Assembly: GCA_002269645.1 (NCBI GenBank)
Contig: NIVC01000864.1
Coordinates: 250,528 to 314,527, forward strand
Source: Macrostomum lignano
Lineage: Eukaryota
Length of the DNA stretch: 64,000 bases
Reading direction: 5' to 3'
Shown: positions 23,151-35,652 of the stretch, in pieces
Layout of the letters: each line of letters opens with the position of its first letter
Position numbering within the stretch: position 1 is the stretch's first letter
Made by a program: the position numbers and the translations under genes
Notes under the pieces: model-generated
Seen by the model: only the letters and a program-made list of their open reading frames with translations
Told to the model about the DNA's origin: nothing
Databases searched by the model: none

Positions 23151-23507
23151 TGCTATTCATAATGTTAAGATCATTAAATCAAGACTTGCAATAGCATAAT
23201 TAAGGACTTTTCTTTCAGGTCACAGAAGGCAATATTTTAACTAAAGGCCATTTTGTTGTAGTGCGCTTGGAACAAATTGATCAGCTGATTTCCAGTATTT
23301 CTGCACAGTGTATTTGTAATTTTATCAATCTGAGCGCTTGCCCATCATGCGCAAATTCATACCACGGAACACGGAAAGAGAATTTTCCAGAAAACAAATT
23401 CAAGGCTACTTGCCAAAATTAAATGAGGAGGAGTGTTTATTTAGCGAGTTTCCAAGCCCAGAGACGACAAGGCATCTCCCAGGTCGCTGCTGACTGGAAC
23501 TGCTAGC

Positions 23508-26262
23508 TCACTGGATCAGCCACTGCTGTGCAGATACCGTGAGGACAGCCAGAGAGCAGACGGCTCCAGCACTGAACCACGCCAGATCCAGCTTTAGTTG
23601 AGCCGGCGTCAAGTTTCGTGACGACGACTTGGCCATGGAATTGGTCTTGTTCGGGTCGTTCGCCAAAGTTTGCGCCACGGTCCGGTGCATGTGTGAAGTC
23701 AATGTGCTGGCCGTAGTGGAAGGGAGTAGGCCTAATTGCTTTTCGTCTTCAGCGGCCAAGGGCTTCTTATCTTGAATGTACAATCTATCGATAGACACAC
23801 TGGACACGTTTGCAGCGGATATGGCAATCACTTTTATAAACATCGGAGGTTCATTGAGAGCCATATACTGATTGTAGATGTTCAACGAAGATTGGTTGGT
23901 GACAGCCAGTTCCGGACAGGAGTAATATCCGTTTACAGCGGTGCAGTTTCCACCTGTTTCTCTGTAGCGAAGACTGTAGACAGGCACATCTGTTGGAGGC
24001 AATTCGGATGAACATAGCGTTAAAAAGAGTGAAATGTGCATGACAGCTGTGCAACAAATACTCGTATTTGGGGCACTGTTTACTCTTTGAACCAGATGCC
24101 AAAGTGTGTTTTGGTTTTATGAAAAAATATTTTTCAATAAAATTCACATTTCAGCTTGTACTTTAGCAGAGCTGCTTCAAGCGTTACACCTACCTGCTTT
24201 AGGCGGGAGTAGACCAGACGGATCTTTAACTGGATTCCATTTGATCACAATTATTTTACTCGCATAATCTTTTCTGCTTATATAGATCGCCATGCTTGGC
24301 TCAGGAACAATACGACGTCTGTCAAAGTTGGGGTCTTCCGCCTGAACAGTCAAGGTGCCGCCAGACAATTGCATTCGGAACGGGGACGTGATAAACACAT
24401 CGACAGCGTATTGACGAGCTTTCTGTACTGCATAGAGTGGTACCATGGCACTGTATGCTCCTCTATCTGTACAAATGAAGTATGAGCAATATGCCTCTTA
24501 AATCGTTGTTTAACAACAATAGTTTTTGTAAAGCTGCTACTGAATTTTTAGTCTTAAATTAAATCGAGCCACTTCCTTGTTGCTTGCTGTGACAACTGCG
24601 TACATTTGATACTTGTGTTGAATCTGGGATCTTGGTAACAGATTCACGAAGACACCGATTCGAGTATCATACTTGACCATTGTCACATTATTTGGCTTCA
24701 CCCTGCACGTAGTATCTCTGGGCAGTAAGGCAAATTGGCTTCCTGTGATAACTATAGTCATTGTTGAGGCCGCCTGTCTGCGAATCCGGCGAGAGAGACC
24801 GACTGCGAGATTCGCCAGCGTCCACTTTCCGCTCTGTTGGAGTGGCGGGTTTGAGGTGAGGCGATTTCTATTGGTTTAAGCCTAAAAGTTAAATAGTCTT
24901 AGTCTTAGTAATTAACTGCTCTAATAATTATTTCTATTTTTGGCTTATCTGCTCCTGAAAAAGCATATTTAAATTGTAGTGAATGTTAAAAGTCAGTTTG
25001 AGTGCAACACACTGTTACAGTAGCTGTTAATATTTCACATTCTTCTGCGTTCTACTTTTGCCGTCGTAAAGTAATCCCTCCAGCAAGCTAGAGCAGTGGC
25101 TCATAATGCAAGTAAATTGGCTCAACTGACCTCTACCTCAGCGTCAGGAATTTGCACCGTCACGGATCCGACTGCAGCATCGACTGTGCAAATGGCGCTG
25201 CTGCCATCAGAGCAATTGAAAGTCCTACCGCTCGGCGACCGAAGCATGAGGCGCAGAGAGCCAACCTTGGCGGGATCGCTTGGCAGAAACAGCGAGAAGA
25301 CGAGGTTGCTGCGAGCACTGAAGTTGAATTCCACCGGATACCGTAGGTCAGAGGGAACTTGCCTCGAATCCAGCTGTGGGAACAAGGAACAGTTCGTACG
25401 GAGTCAAACTAAGATGGAAGACAATCGGAATGCAACCAGTGCACTAACTAAGCGCATTTGATTTATTTAGTACCTTAACTATACACAACACTAAAAATAG
25501 TTTGTCGCTTGAGTAGGTTATGTGACTGATTTCAGAAGAATCCCGTTGAGCATTTTTCATAATGCTGCAGGACCTCATCGGAGCTCTAATCTCACCCATT
25601 TCTCCCCTATCTCTATATCACCTCAATCACCTCACCTCACCTCTATATCACATAATTTTCGTTGGAATAATAACAATAGCGACTGTAAACAGTGAAAGGC
25701 TGCTTATTGCTAGTGTTAAGAAGACACTTTATTTGCTTCAATAATTAAGTAACTACGTAACTAGTAACGCATTACTACGTTTCGGCTTTCACGTCCCCTG
25801 AGAATTTTATCCCACGGTCAACAGCAGAATTAAAACCCTTATTCAGACAAAAAGAATTTGGCTGTTGGCGACGAATACAATAATAGATGGTGAATGAAGC
25901 GAAAAGTAATAATTTTTTGTCGAGCAAGCTTCACAATAGAATTCACCCCAACTCACGACGAGGGTCTTGTTCACGCCAGCGAGACCAGACTGTAGTGAGG
26001 TGAACTCCAGTATTAGTTTGGACGCTGCAAGCTTGCTGTTGACCGGACTATATAGCTTGCGAACGCCCGTGACGTCGGCAAGAAGCGACATCCGCATGTC
26101 CGCACTGTCACCGAACCGAATGGTGTCGACTCTAAGGCTCGTGTTAGATATCGCATCGATGGTAGAGTTCAGCTTGCTGCTGCAGCCTTCCTGACCATCT
26201 GAGACCAAAAGTATCTGACCCGTCGATCGATTAGTTGGGCTTGTTGGGTCCTCACCTAGCAG
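23508..26262 (-). pseudogene. CLCA-like copy C, 3' half (second vWA exon to C-terminus)
   Basis: Near-identical to copy E in exons and introns. The donor after ...VARFN is deleted at ~24555. The 5' half is replaced by the MACPF gene at 26293. Confidence 0.85.
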
Positions 26263-27841
26263 CTGGGTGATTTGATTGAGAAGTAGGGGATTCCTCCTTG
26301 ATCTTCGACGCTAGTTTGGGTGAACTCGGATTGGCTTGAGCTCTGAGATAGCTGGTTTTTCTGGATTATTGTGCTGACACGATTCTTTTCGGATTGTGCT
26401 GATGAGCTTTGATGTTCAGACTTTATCTGTCCGCCATAAAAAGGAGTGCTAACTTTGCTTATTGTCTGCAGGTGCCTGGACTGCAGTGACGCAAACATTG
26501 ACTGGAACTCTGTCTCGGCGATGCTGGCAAACTCCGCCACAGACTTTACTTTGTTCATCTTCGAAGTCTTTGTGATCTTCAACTGGCCGCCAAACTTTCC
26601 AGACCGAATAAAGTGCGTGCCCCAGCGAAGCAGGAAGTTCTGGTACTTGACGTCAGCGCCAACCGAGTAGTAGGACTCCGGCAAGCTCATGTAGTCCTTG
26701 AGATCAGCCAAGTTGATGTCTTGCGGCTTCATATCATCCAGAGTGATCTCGTACATGATGACGCTGACATACATGATGGCGAAAAGGTATTAGAAGCCCC
26801 CTGCCGCATATTGGAACTCTCAGTCTGAACATTTTCCGAGGCCGATTCACCAGATTTTACCGAGGACGATTCGCCTTAACCGGTCGCACTTGAAGCAGAG
26901 GAAATGCCAAAAAAGCTGACAGTTGCTGAAACGGAAGTGCTGTGCTTGCTGGCCTCACTGCGAAATAGATTCCTCTGTTTTGACAGGCCGGCCTTCTCTC
27001 TGATGTAGTTCATGTACTCCCCTCCAGACTGGAAGGACTTGGTCTCTGCCGTAGTCTCAAAGATGCCGAACACGTTCATCGAGTCGGGAACGTCTTTGTT
27101 TTGGAAGCTGGCCTTGTTGGAGCAGTAACGCTGCACTAGGCTGGCCCTGCGGCTCTCGATTTTGTAGAAGCCGCGACCGTCGAAGCCTACGCCCACGTAG
27201 GCGGCGGCTTCCAGGAGGTTCGGGCAGCGTGTCCCTGAGCAGCGAGCTTGCTGGAGTTGCAGGGACTACTTTTTGAATAGAATTGAACCGTGCAGCCGTT
27301 CATCAGCATCGGACCCACTCCCTTCGGATATAGGTACACCGGTACTTTCTCGTCCGTCATTTGCGGTATTTTGTTCGCCGGCCCGCTCAAAGTCTCCGTC
27401 ATCACCCATCCCGGAGGCTGGTAGTTTCCGAGTCCGTTAAAGCCCTGATCCGCCTTGCAGGCTGATGGAGCGAGTTCCCGCCTTCTGTGGTTGGAGGGAC
27501 CAGTCTTTGACCATTTTATTCATCGATTCCTGGGTGATGAGCGGATTCGGTGCGGTGCCGACAGACTTCATCATCTCGTTGAGCGTTTGTTCGTTCTGTT
27601 TTCTCAAATTGACCAAGCTGGTGATCAAATTGCCGCCGCCGCCACCAGCGCCGCCGCCACCGCCGCCGCCGCCGTTCAAGACTTTGTCTACAAGCGAGCT
27701 TACGACAGAGTTAATGGCAGCGTCTCTGGCTACGGTCATGATGGCAGCCTTGGATAGAAAGGGCGCCAACGCGACCGGCAAAGCCACAGCTGAGCAGAGC
27801 GACACCGCCAGCAATGCGAATGCAGCAGCGAGATGCCTCAT
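26256..27841 (-). pseudogene. Secreted MACPF pore-forming protein (perivitellin-2 67-kDa-subunit-like), frameshifted and 3'-truncated
   Basis: Signal peptide; CPNLLEAAAYVGVGFDGRG; MACPF signature YQNFLLRWGTHFIRSGKFGG; ends at the ...QGG motif. About 3 frameshifts plus a TAA at 26876. Confidence 0.85.
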
Positions 27842-27999
27842 GCTGATTGAGTATTCAACTTGGTCTCTGAGACTGCAGTCGGTCTGCTCGATGAGCTAGC
27901 TGTGCTTCAGTAGAAATCCCAAGTCTGCAATGTGGGCGTAGGTTTATCTGTTCATACATATGCCTTGTGCTTGCAGTGTTAAATAAAAACAGACATCAA

Positions 28000-30290
28000 C
28001 AAGCTTGCACCATGGGTCGGTAACCCAGGTGCATTCCGTGTGGGTAGCAATGCGGGCAACATCTCATAAAGTATGCCCTCCTACAATGAAGGTGAAGTTG
28101 AAGGAGAGATCGGGAAAGAGTTGGGGGACGGAGGGGAGAGACATTGGAGAACTCGGGGGAAGGAAGACAATGAGATGGCTTAGAGAATGGGATCGGGATG
28201 GGGAGTTGGAGGGAAAATCGAGAGACAGAAGAGAAAAGATACGTGAGATATTGGAAAGATACGGGGAAGATATGGTAGGGAGATGGAAGAGAAATGCAAG
28301 AAAGATGGGAAGAGATGAGGGAGATGAGAGAGAAATGGGCGAAAAAATGAGTGAGAGATGGGAACAGAATGGGAGAATGGGAGATTCGAGAGAGATGGGA
28401 GATATGGAGTAATAATGGGGAGTGTTGAAGGAGAGATAGGAGATAGAAGATAGAAGGATAGGAGAGATGGGTGAAATTTGGAGAGATGAGAGAGATGGGG
28501 GAGATTGGAGGGATAGAGTAAAGATCGAGAAAAAAATGGGAGAGAGAAAGGGGAAGAGATGGTATAGATGGGGAAGAGTTTGGGTCCCTACTCTTGCCAA
28601 GAATTTTGTCCAGGTTTTGTTTGATTGACTCGTTTTGGTTAACTCTATTTCAAATAGACATCGATTGAAACTGCCGAGTGGATGCCTCTATTCTTTGACT
28701 GTGTCTTTTACACGGGATAGTATAACGAAAGTGCCGTGTTCTATAGGACAAATGTAAGGGGATAGTAAGACGAAAGAATGCCGAAAAGAGATGAAAGAGA
28801 GAATGGGAAAGAGATGGGGAAGAGATGGGAGAGAGATGAGAGAGAGAATGGTGGAGGTAGGGTAGAGAGGTGGAGTGATAAAGAAAGATAAGAAGGGATG
28901 TCAGAGAGATGAGGAAGTGATGCCAGAGAGACGGGAAAGAGATGGGAAAGAGAATATATAGGTGGAGACGAGAAACTGAGGAGAGATGGGAGAGAGAATA
29001 GGTAGGATCACGATTCCCTGCAAACAAATTTCTAACTTGGGGGATCGTATTACGAAATTGATAAAAGCCCAAGTTTCGTTATCCGATTCCTTTTTATACA
29101 TTTCCTCCATTTAAATGATCGTATAACGAAAGTGAATATAGACGTCCCTACTCTTGCCAAGAATTTTGTCCAGGTTTTGTTTGATTGCCTCGTTTTGGTT
29201 AACTCTATTTCAAATAGACATCGATTGAAACTGCCGAGTCGATGCCTCTATTCTTTGACTGCGTCTTTTACGGGAGAGATGGGAAAGAGATGGGAAAGAG
29301 AATATATAGGTGGAGACGAGAAACTGAGGAGAGATGGGAGAGAGAATATATAGGTGGAGACGTGAAACTGAGGAGAGATGGGAGAGAGAATAGGAAGGAG
29401 TTATGGGCAAAAGAAGGGAAAGAGATAGAAAGGATGGAAGAGAGATAGACGAGAGAAGGAGAAGAGATGGAGAAGAGATCGGGAAAAGATGGGGAAGAGA
29501 TAGGATAGGGAATATGAGAAGGGGCGGAGAGATACATGTAAAATAGAGAATGAGAGAGAATGACAAAGATGGGGAAGAGATGGGAGAGAGAAGCGAAAAA
29601 GATGAGAGAGAAGGAGCGAAATGGGGGAGACGGGGGGAGATGGGGAAAAGATGGCAAGAGATTAGCACGAAATGGGAGAGAGATGGCGAGAGATTGGGGA
29701 GAGACGGGGATGGATGGGAGGGTTGATGGGGAGATAAGAGAGATAATTAGAGAGATGGAAGAGAGAATAAGAGAGAGATTAGAAAGAGATGGGAAATAAG
29801 GAAAGATGGGAGAGTTTGGGAAAGATGGGGAAAAGATGGGAGAGAGAATAGGAGAGAGATTAGGAAGATATTCGAAGAAAATCGGTTGAGCCGTTTTTTC
29901 TCTAATCGATCACAGAGATATATACCTACCGACAAACCATTTTTAGTATTTGGATGCTAAAGAGATGGGGAAGAGATGGCAGAGAGATTATGGAAGAGAC
30001 TGGGAAGAGATGGGGAGAGGTTGTGGAGAGTTGAGGGAGAGATAAGCAAGAGATGAGAGAGAGATGCCAGAGAGGTACCAGAGAGGTGGGGAAGTGATGG
30101 GGAAAATAGGGTTGAGAATAGGAGAGAGATGGGGAAGAGTTGGGACAGATGGGAGAGAGTTTGGGGAGGGATGCGGATGCGGGATGCGGAAGAGACAGAC
30201 AGAAGGAACTAGCACTGACTTGCAATTTGCATCCTGACCTGTCAGGGTCAGTCAGGTAGCAGGAGAAAGGAAGCCATAAAAATGTCAAGA
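28000..30290. repeat. GA-rich low-complexity tract with an internal ~125-bp direct duplication
   Basis: gagagatggg variants throughout; gtccctactcttgccaag...tctttta occurs at ~28585-28710 and ~29144-29270. Confidence 0.9.
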
Positions 30291-30706
30291 GAGCTAGTTA
30301 GCAGACTTACCAATTCTCAGAGATCAAGCCGAGTGATCCAACAGGCAGAACTATTTCAGCAGATGAGCTCAACAGATGTAACAAATTTATTCCTTAGCAA
30401 CTCAACTCACGGTATGTGTGAAATTTGCAGGTACTGCTGGGGGCTCTGCTTTTATCCTGTCTGAAATGCCAGACCGTCTATGGGTCTATGAGTGTTTGCA
30501 GTCTGTGGGAAAAAACTCTTCAACTGAGCTTGCTTAAAGTGCAAGTCAAGCGGCTTCGCCTGGGTATTGCAAAAACAATTGAAATATAAAGTGTGCGGTC
30601 CCGCTTGCTTTGCTTTCCATGGCACTGAAAGCTCGCGAGTTTTGCTTCAGAGAGTGTGCAAGGGATGGTGATCCCCTGGAGTCGTTGGCGCTCCTGCACT
30701 CTGCAT

Positions 30707-32070
30707 GTCCTGCAGCAGTATGGGATTCTGTATGCTCAATGAGGTCCTGCAGCAGTATGGGATTCTGCATGCTCCATGAGGTCCTGCAGCAGTATGGGAT
30801 TCTGTATGCTCCATGAGGTCCTGCAGCAGTATGGGATTCTGTATGCTCCATGAGGTCCTGCAGCAGTATGGGATTCTGTATGCTCCATGAGGTCTTGCAG
30901 CAGTATGGGATTCTGTATGCTCCATGAGGTCCTGCAGCAGTATGGGATTCTGTATGCTCCATGAGGTCTTGCAGCAGTATGGGATTCTGTATGCTCCATG
31001 AGGTCCTGCAGCAGTATGGGATTCTGTATGCTCCATGAGGTCTTGCAGCAGTATGGGATTCTGTATGCTCCATGAGGTCCTGCAGCAGTATGGGATTCTG
31101 TATGCTTCATGAGGTCCTGCAGCAGTATGGGATTCTGTATGCTTCATGAGGTCCTGCAGCAGTATGGGATTCTGTATGCTCCATGAGGTCTTGCAGCAGT
31201 ATGGGATTCTGTATGCTCCATGAGGTCTTGCAGCAGTATGGGATTCTGTATGCTCCATGAGGTCCTGCAGCAGTATGGGATTTTGTATGCTCCATGAGGT
31301 CCTGCAGCAGTATGGGATTCTGTATGCTCCATGAGGTCCTGCAGCAGTATGGGATTCTGTATGCTCCATGAGGTCCTGCAGCAGTATGGGATTCTGTATG
31401 CTTCATGAGGTCCTGCAGCAGTATGGGATTCTGTATGCTCCATGAGGTCCTGCAGCAGTATGGGATTCTGTATGCTCTATGAGGTCCTGCAGCAGTATGG
31501 GATTCTGCATGCTCCATGAGGTCCTGCAGCAGTATGGGATTCTGCATGCTCCATGAGGTCCTGCAGCAGTATGGGATTCTGTATGCTCCATGAGGTCCTG
31601 CAGCAGTATGGGATTCTGTATGCTCCATGAGGTCCTGCAGCAGTATGGGATTCTGCATGCTCCATGAGGTCCTGCAGCAGTATGGGATTCTGCATGCTCC
31701 ATGAGGTCCTGCAGCAGTATGGGATTCTGCATGCTCCATGAGGTCCTGCAGCAGTATGGGATTCTGTATGCTCCATGAGGTCTTGCAGCAGTATGGGATT
31801 CTGCATGCTCCATGAGGTCTTGCAGCAGTATGGGATTCTGTATGCTCCATGAGGTCCTGCAGCAGTATGAAATTCTGCATGCTCCATGAGGTCCTGCAGC
31901 AGTATGGGATTCTGCATGCTCCATGAGGTCCTGCAGCAGTATGGGATTCTGCATGCTCCATGGGGTCCTGCAGCAGTATGGGATTCTGCATTCTCTCTGC
32001 AGGTCCTGCCGCAGTATGGAATTCTGCATGCACCATGGGATTCTGCATCAACCGTGGGTTTCTGCATCAT
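30707..32070 (-). repeat. 37-bp satellite, ~37 units, inverted relative to 19187-19982
   Basis: Reverse complement of the same unit; copies degenerate at the right edge. Confidence 0.97.
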
Positions 32071-32954
32071 AAGATTCTGAACAATTAGATTGGGAGCACA
32101 AGAATTTCCCGCACACTGTAATTCCTAAAGGTCCGAAGAAGGGTCCGGGAAAGGTCCATTGTGGAGGGTCCGGAGCGTCGAAATAACGGACCATGAAAGG
32201 TCCGTATTTTGATGGGTCCGTATTGTAAAGTCCGTATTGCAAGGTCCGTATTTTGAAAGGTCCGTATTTTGAAAGGTCCCTATTGCAAAGTCCATATTTT
32301 TCAGATGTCCGCATTATGGGTCCGAAATATAAAAACGATTACACCCCAAAATGTATTCACTTGATCTGCAAGACACAAAATACCCACTATTATAGGTATG
32401 AATTTTATGAATTTCCTTACCTGTAAAATTGTTCCCAATTACATTATGTGAGGCATACAATGTTGTCAGTCATTGCTCAATTTAAGAAAAGTAAGAAGTG
32501 AAGCATTCGTAATCAACAATTGCATGTTTATGAAGGATGTTAACCAATTTAAAGTATTTTTTATGGTATATAAAGATTGATCCTAAAATATTTATTGTTG
32601 TAGTACAAAAACAGTGGTAATAATAATATTTAGTAATTATTTGTTGCACATTACACATTGCGAATAAGTGTTTGCTTTGGTCACTCAAAGAGTGAAGTTG
32701 AATATACAGACTAAAAAGCACAAACTAAATACACAGGGCAATAAATAAGCAGCCAACATCGCCGTGACCCTCTGATGACAGATAACACTCTATGATTATG
32801 ATTGTGAATATGAAAATAAATATTGTGATTGTGATTAGGCTTGTGATTACGATTAATTCACAGTCATATTCAATCGTACTAACATGAAAATGAATATAAT
32901 TATTATAAAAATGAAAATGATTACAATAGTCATGTCTAGGCGTTATAAAATCAT

Positions 32955-34676
32955 CTAACGAAGTGCATCCAAAATAGCTACTGCAGCCTTGCGGACGGCT
33001 TTCTTGCGAAGGCCCGACAGCACTTCGATTACCTCCAGAAACGCCTCTAGGGCAGGGAGGTGCTGGAGGTTGAACGCGATGAAGACAATTACAAATGCAA
33101 TTATCGAGTCAGTAACACTGTCGAATGGGATGCTCGCACCGTTGACGAAAACGCCGCACCATTTTCCATCCTCTGTCAGAATTCTGACTGGCAGTGCGTC
33201 GCGAAGAATAATAGACGGGTCGACTCGCAACCGACCGAGAAGAAGAAAGACAGCCACAGGCAGCTTGTCCTCCTCTGAAACAACTGGCAATTCCACATAA
33301 TCCTTGCACAGCTTGAAATTTTTTAGCAACTGCCTTTTACTGTACACAAGCAACAAGGCGTTAATAATCCTGCTTCTCATTTCCGATGGACTTGGTGGAA
33401 GTACATAGTCAGTTTTGCTTCTGTTGTATGTCTGGATCATGAGATACGCCTCCTGCTGCAGTACTGCGATGTTTACCAGTGGCGCATATAAGGCAATTTC
33501 GTCACTAACCGTCAAATCTTGGCACCGCAATATTCGAATCGGAAACAGAGCCTGCATTTCGTTGAGAACGTCTGATATTGAAGAGTCATGATGAGTCTCG
33601 TTCAATCTCGTTCGACGAGCTTCGTGTGACGGTGGTACATCGGTATCGAACTCGCCGAAGTCAACGCTCTTCGCCATTGCACTGCCAGCATCGTCTGCAT
33701 CACTATCATCATCGCCTTCTTCTTCGATCAGATCTTCGTCGTCGTTGATACGCTGCTTGTTGGCTCTTTTAGCACGTGAAGCTATAATTTCATTGTCGTC
33801 ATCATCTTCCTGGCCTTCAACTTCCTTGTACTGCCGTTTATGCCTTTGGCTCACAGTAACCGCACTTGGGCCTGCAGCAGCTGCAGCAGCATTTGGTAGA
33901 ATTATACGCCGATGACCAAGTCGACCATGCTTCCGTCGCATCTCCTGAACCGTTGGGCTGCTCTTGTCGACAAAGTCGCCAACGAACCGGAGCTCTTTGA
34001 AACGCCGAATAAGCTTTTGGCGCCAAAAGCTTGAGCTCCCACTTAATGAGGTGTCCTTCAGTCCAGGATACGAAGTTACTATGGAAGTGCACACATCTGT
34101 TATCTGGCTAGATGACAGGTATGGTTCATTTGGCGACAGATAGTTCAAACAGATGTGATCGACGATGAATTTAAGGAACTTGTTGACAAACGTCGCGTTC
34201 ATTTTTAAATCGGAACCCTTTTCGGGGTGCATTCGTAGATCACGAAGGGCGTTGGCGAGATCGTCCATTCGTGGAAGCGAGTACACTTCGGGCCATGGAA
34301 GTGTAGTTGCAGCCGTAGCTGCTACAGCTGGATTTGGACTCAGAGCCTGTGTGCCTCGACTCGGTGTTGTGGCAATCTCGACATTGCGTATTTCGCTTTG
34401 CTGCTTTGGTGTAGTTGAAGGTTCTACAGGGCATGCACCGCAGCTTGGAAGCAACTCTCCAGAAAGAAGGAAGTACACAGTTCTACATTCCTTTGCCACC
34501 TCCGATATTAAATCATCGTCGTCGATTTCGAAACCGTCAGAAGTGACAATGCGAACATTTTCAACATCTGCAATGTCCAATTTTAAACAACCTTTGATGC
34601 GAAGGTCCGCCAAGGTCAGGCCAGAAGCTGGAAGGAGCTTCTTGCGCTCCTCTGAGCCGTTGCAGATTCGAAGCAT
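32955..34676 (-). CDS. EnSpm ORF2 (SAMD3-like) with an N-terminal CIDE-N/ubiquitin-fold-like domain
   Basis: Intact 573 aa. IVTSYPGLKD...FWRQKLIRRFKELR is typical of animal EnSpm ORF2. The N-terminus (RKKLLPAS.LTL...IVTSDGFEIDD) resembles CIDE-N. Confidence 0.7.
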   Translation of the reverse strand: MLRICNGSEERKKLLPASGLTLADLRIKGCLKLDIADVENVRIVTSDGFEIDDDDLISEVAKECRTVYFLLSGELLPSCGACPVEPSTTPKQQSEIRNVEIATTPSRGTQALSPNPAVAATAATTLPWPEVYSLPRMDDLANALRDLRMHPEKGSDLKMNATFVNKFLKFIVDHICLNYLSPNEPYLSSSQITDVCTSIVTSYPGLKDTSLSGSSSFWRQKLIRRFKELRFVGDFVDKSSPTVQEMRRKHGRLGHRRIILPNAAAAAAGPSAVTVSQRHKRQYKEVEGQEDDDDNEIIASRAKRANKQRINDDEDLIEEEGDDDSDADDAGSAMAKSVDFGEFDTDVPPSHEARRTRLNETHHDSSISDVLNEMQALFPIRILRCQDLTVSDEIALYAPLVNIAVLQQEAYLMIQTYNRSKTDYVLPPSPSEMRSRIINALLLVYSKRQLLKNFKLCKDYVELPVVSEEDKLPVAVFLLLGRLRVDPSIILRDALPVRILTEDGKWCGVFVNGASIPFDSVTDSIIAFVIVFIAFNLQHLPALEAFLEVIEVLSGLRKKAVRKAAVAILDALR

Positions 34677-34759
34677 GAATTAGGTATGATGTGCACAACC
34701 TCAATCAGAATACATCTGGTAAGACACAGATAAAATGAATTTATAAAGCCAAGGAATTC

Positions 34760-35360
34760 TTGTTCATTATGATTTTTCGGCTTTTGTCCTTGGCTTGACT
34801 TAATGTAGTAGTAGTAGTAGTAGTAGTAGTTAATTGGCTTGGGCAAGTAGTGCCCGTTATGTTAATAGAGTGTATTTAATTAGATATGAATAACTTAGTG
34901 TTAACAAAAGTTGTCAATAATGGACAATACAATTTAAACAGTAGAAGTTTTTGCATTAGATCAATGCCTTTAAGTTGCTGTGAGATGGCTTTCTTCCAAG
35001 GATCAATTGGATTGTCATTGTTGTTAAAGAGACTAGTGGTAGTAGAGTTAGCTTTAAATAAGTTTTAACCAGAAAAGGAGGTACCTTTTCTTAATGATTT
35101 CAGAAATAGGAAGAATGTTGAGTTCATTGAGTATGACTTTATTGCTTGTATGTATGCTCTGGTAGATTAAGAATTTAAGGAGAGACTTATAGAATTTCAA
35201 TTGAATATTATCCAGATCCTTAATTTTTGATTGCCTGGCCAGTGGACCCCATACCTTGCAGCCATAAGTAATGACTGTGACAACAAAATGTTTAGTGTTT
35301 TTATGATGTTTTTGTTTTTTTGTTGCTTTTTTCTGAACAATCTTCACTCTTCAATACTAA
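34760..35360 (-). mobile_element. 3' fragment of a non-LTR retrotransposon inside the EnSpm
   Basis: ITYGCKVWG...IQLKFYKSLL...NELNILP...FWLKL; (CTA)n tract at 34805-34830. Confidence 0.65.
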
Positions 35361-35652
35361 AAGCTGAAGCTTCAACAAGCTTAGACAGAGGATGAACCCA
35401 TTTTAGGCAAGAAATGGTTCGAAAACCTGCACCATCTACATAGAACTAGCCTAGTCAAGGAAGGGCAAGCCGACCTATCATAAAAAGGTTAGACACCTAT
35501 AGGCCAGAAATCTATGTAAGGTGGAGAGCACAGTTCCTTGTGCTAGAGGCAAGGTGGCCCTTGTAATAATTTGTTATTTTATGAAGTGCAAGTGTATGCC
35601 ATATTGTTATATGCTTAAATTTATCTAAAATGATACCCACTAAGATTGTAGA

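Noticed and set aside
28064-30288. Hydrophobic S/L/P/F-rich ORFs as membrane proteins
   Set aside because: Translation of CT/GA low-complexity DNA.
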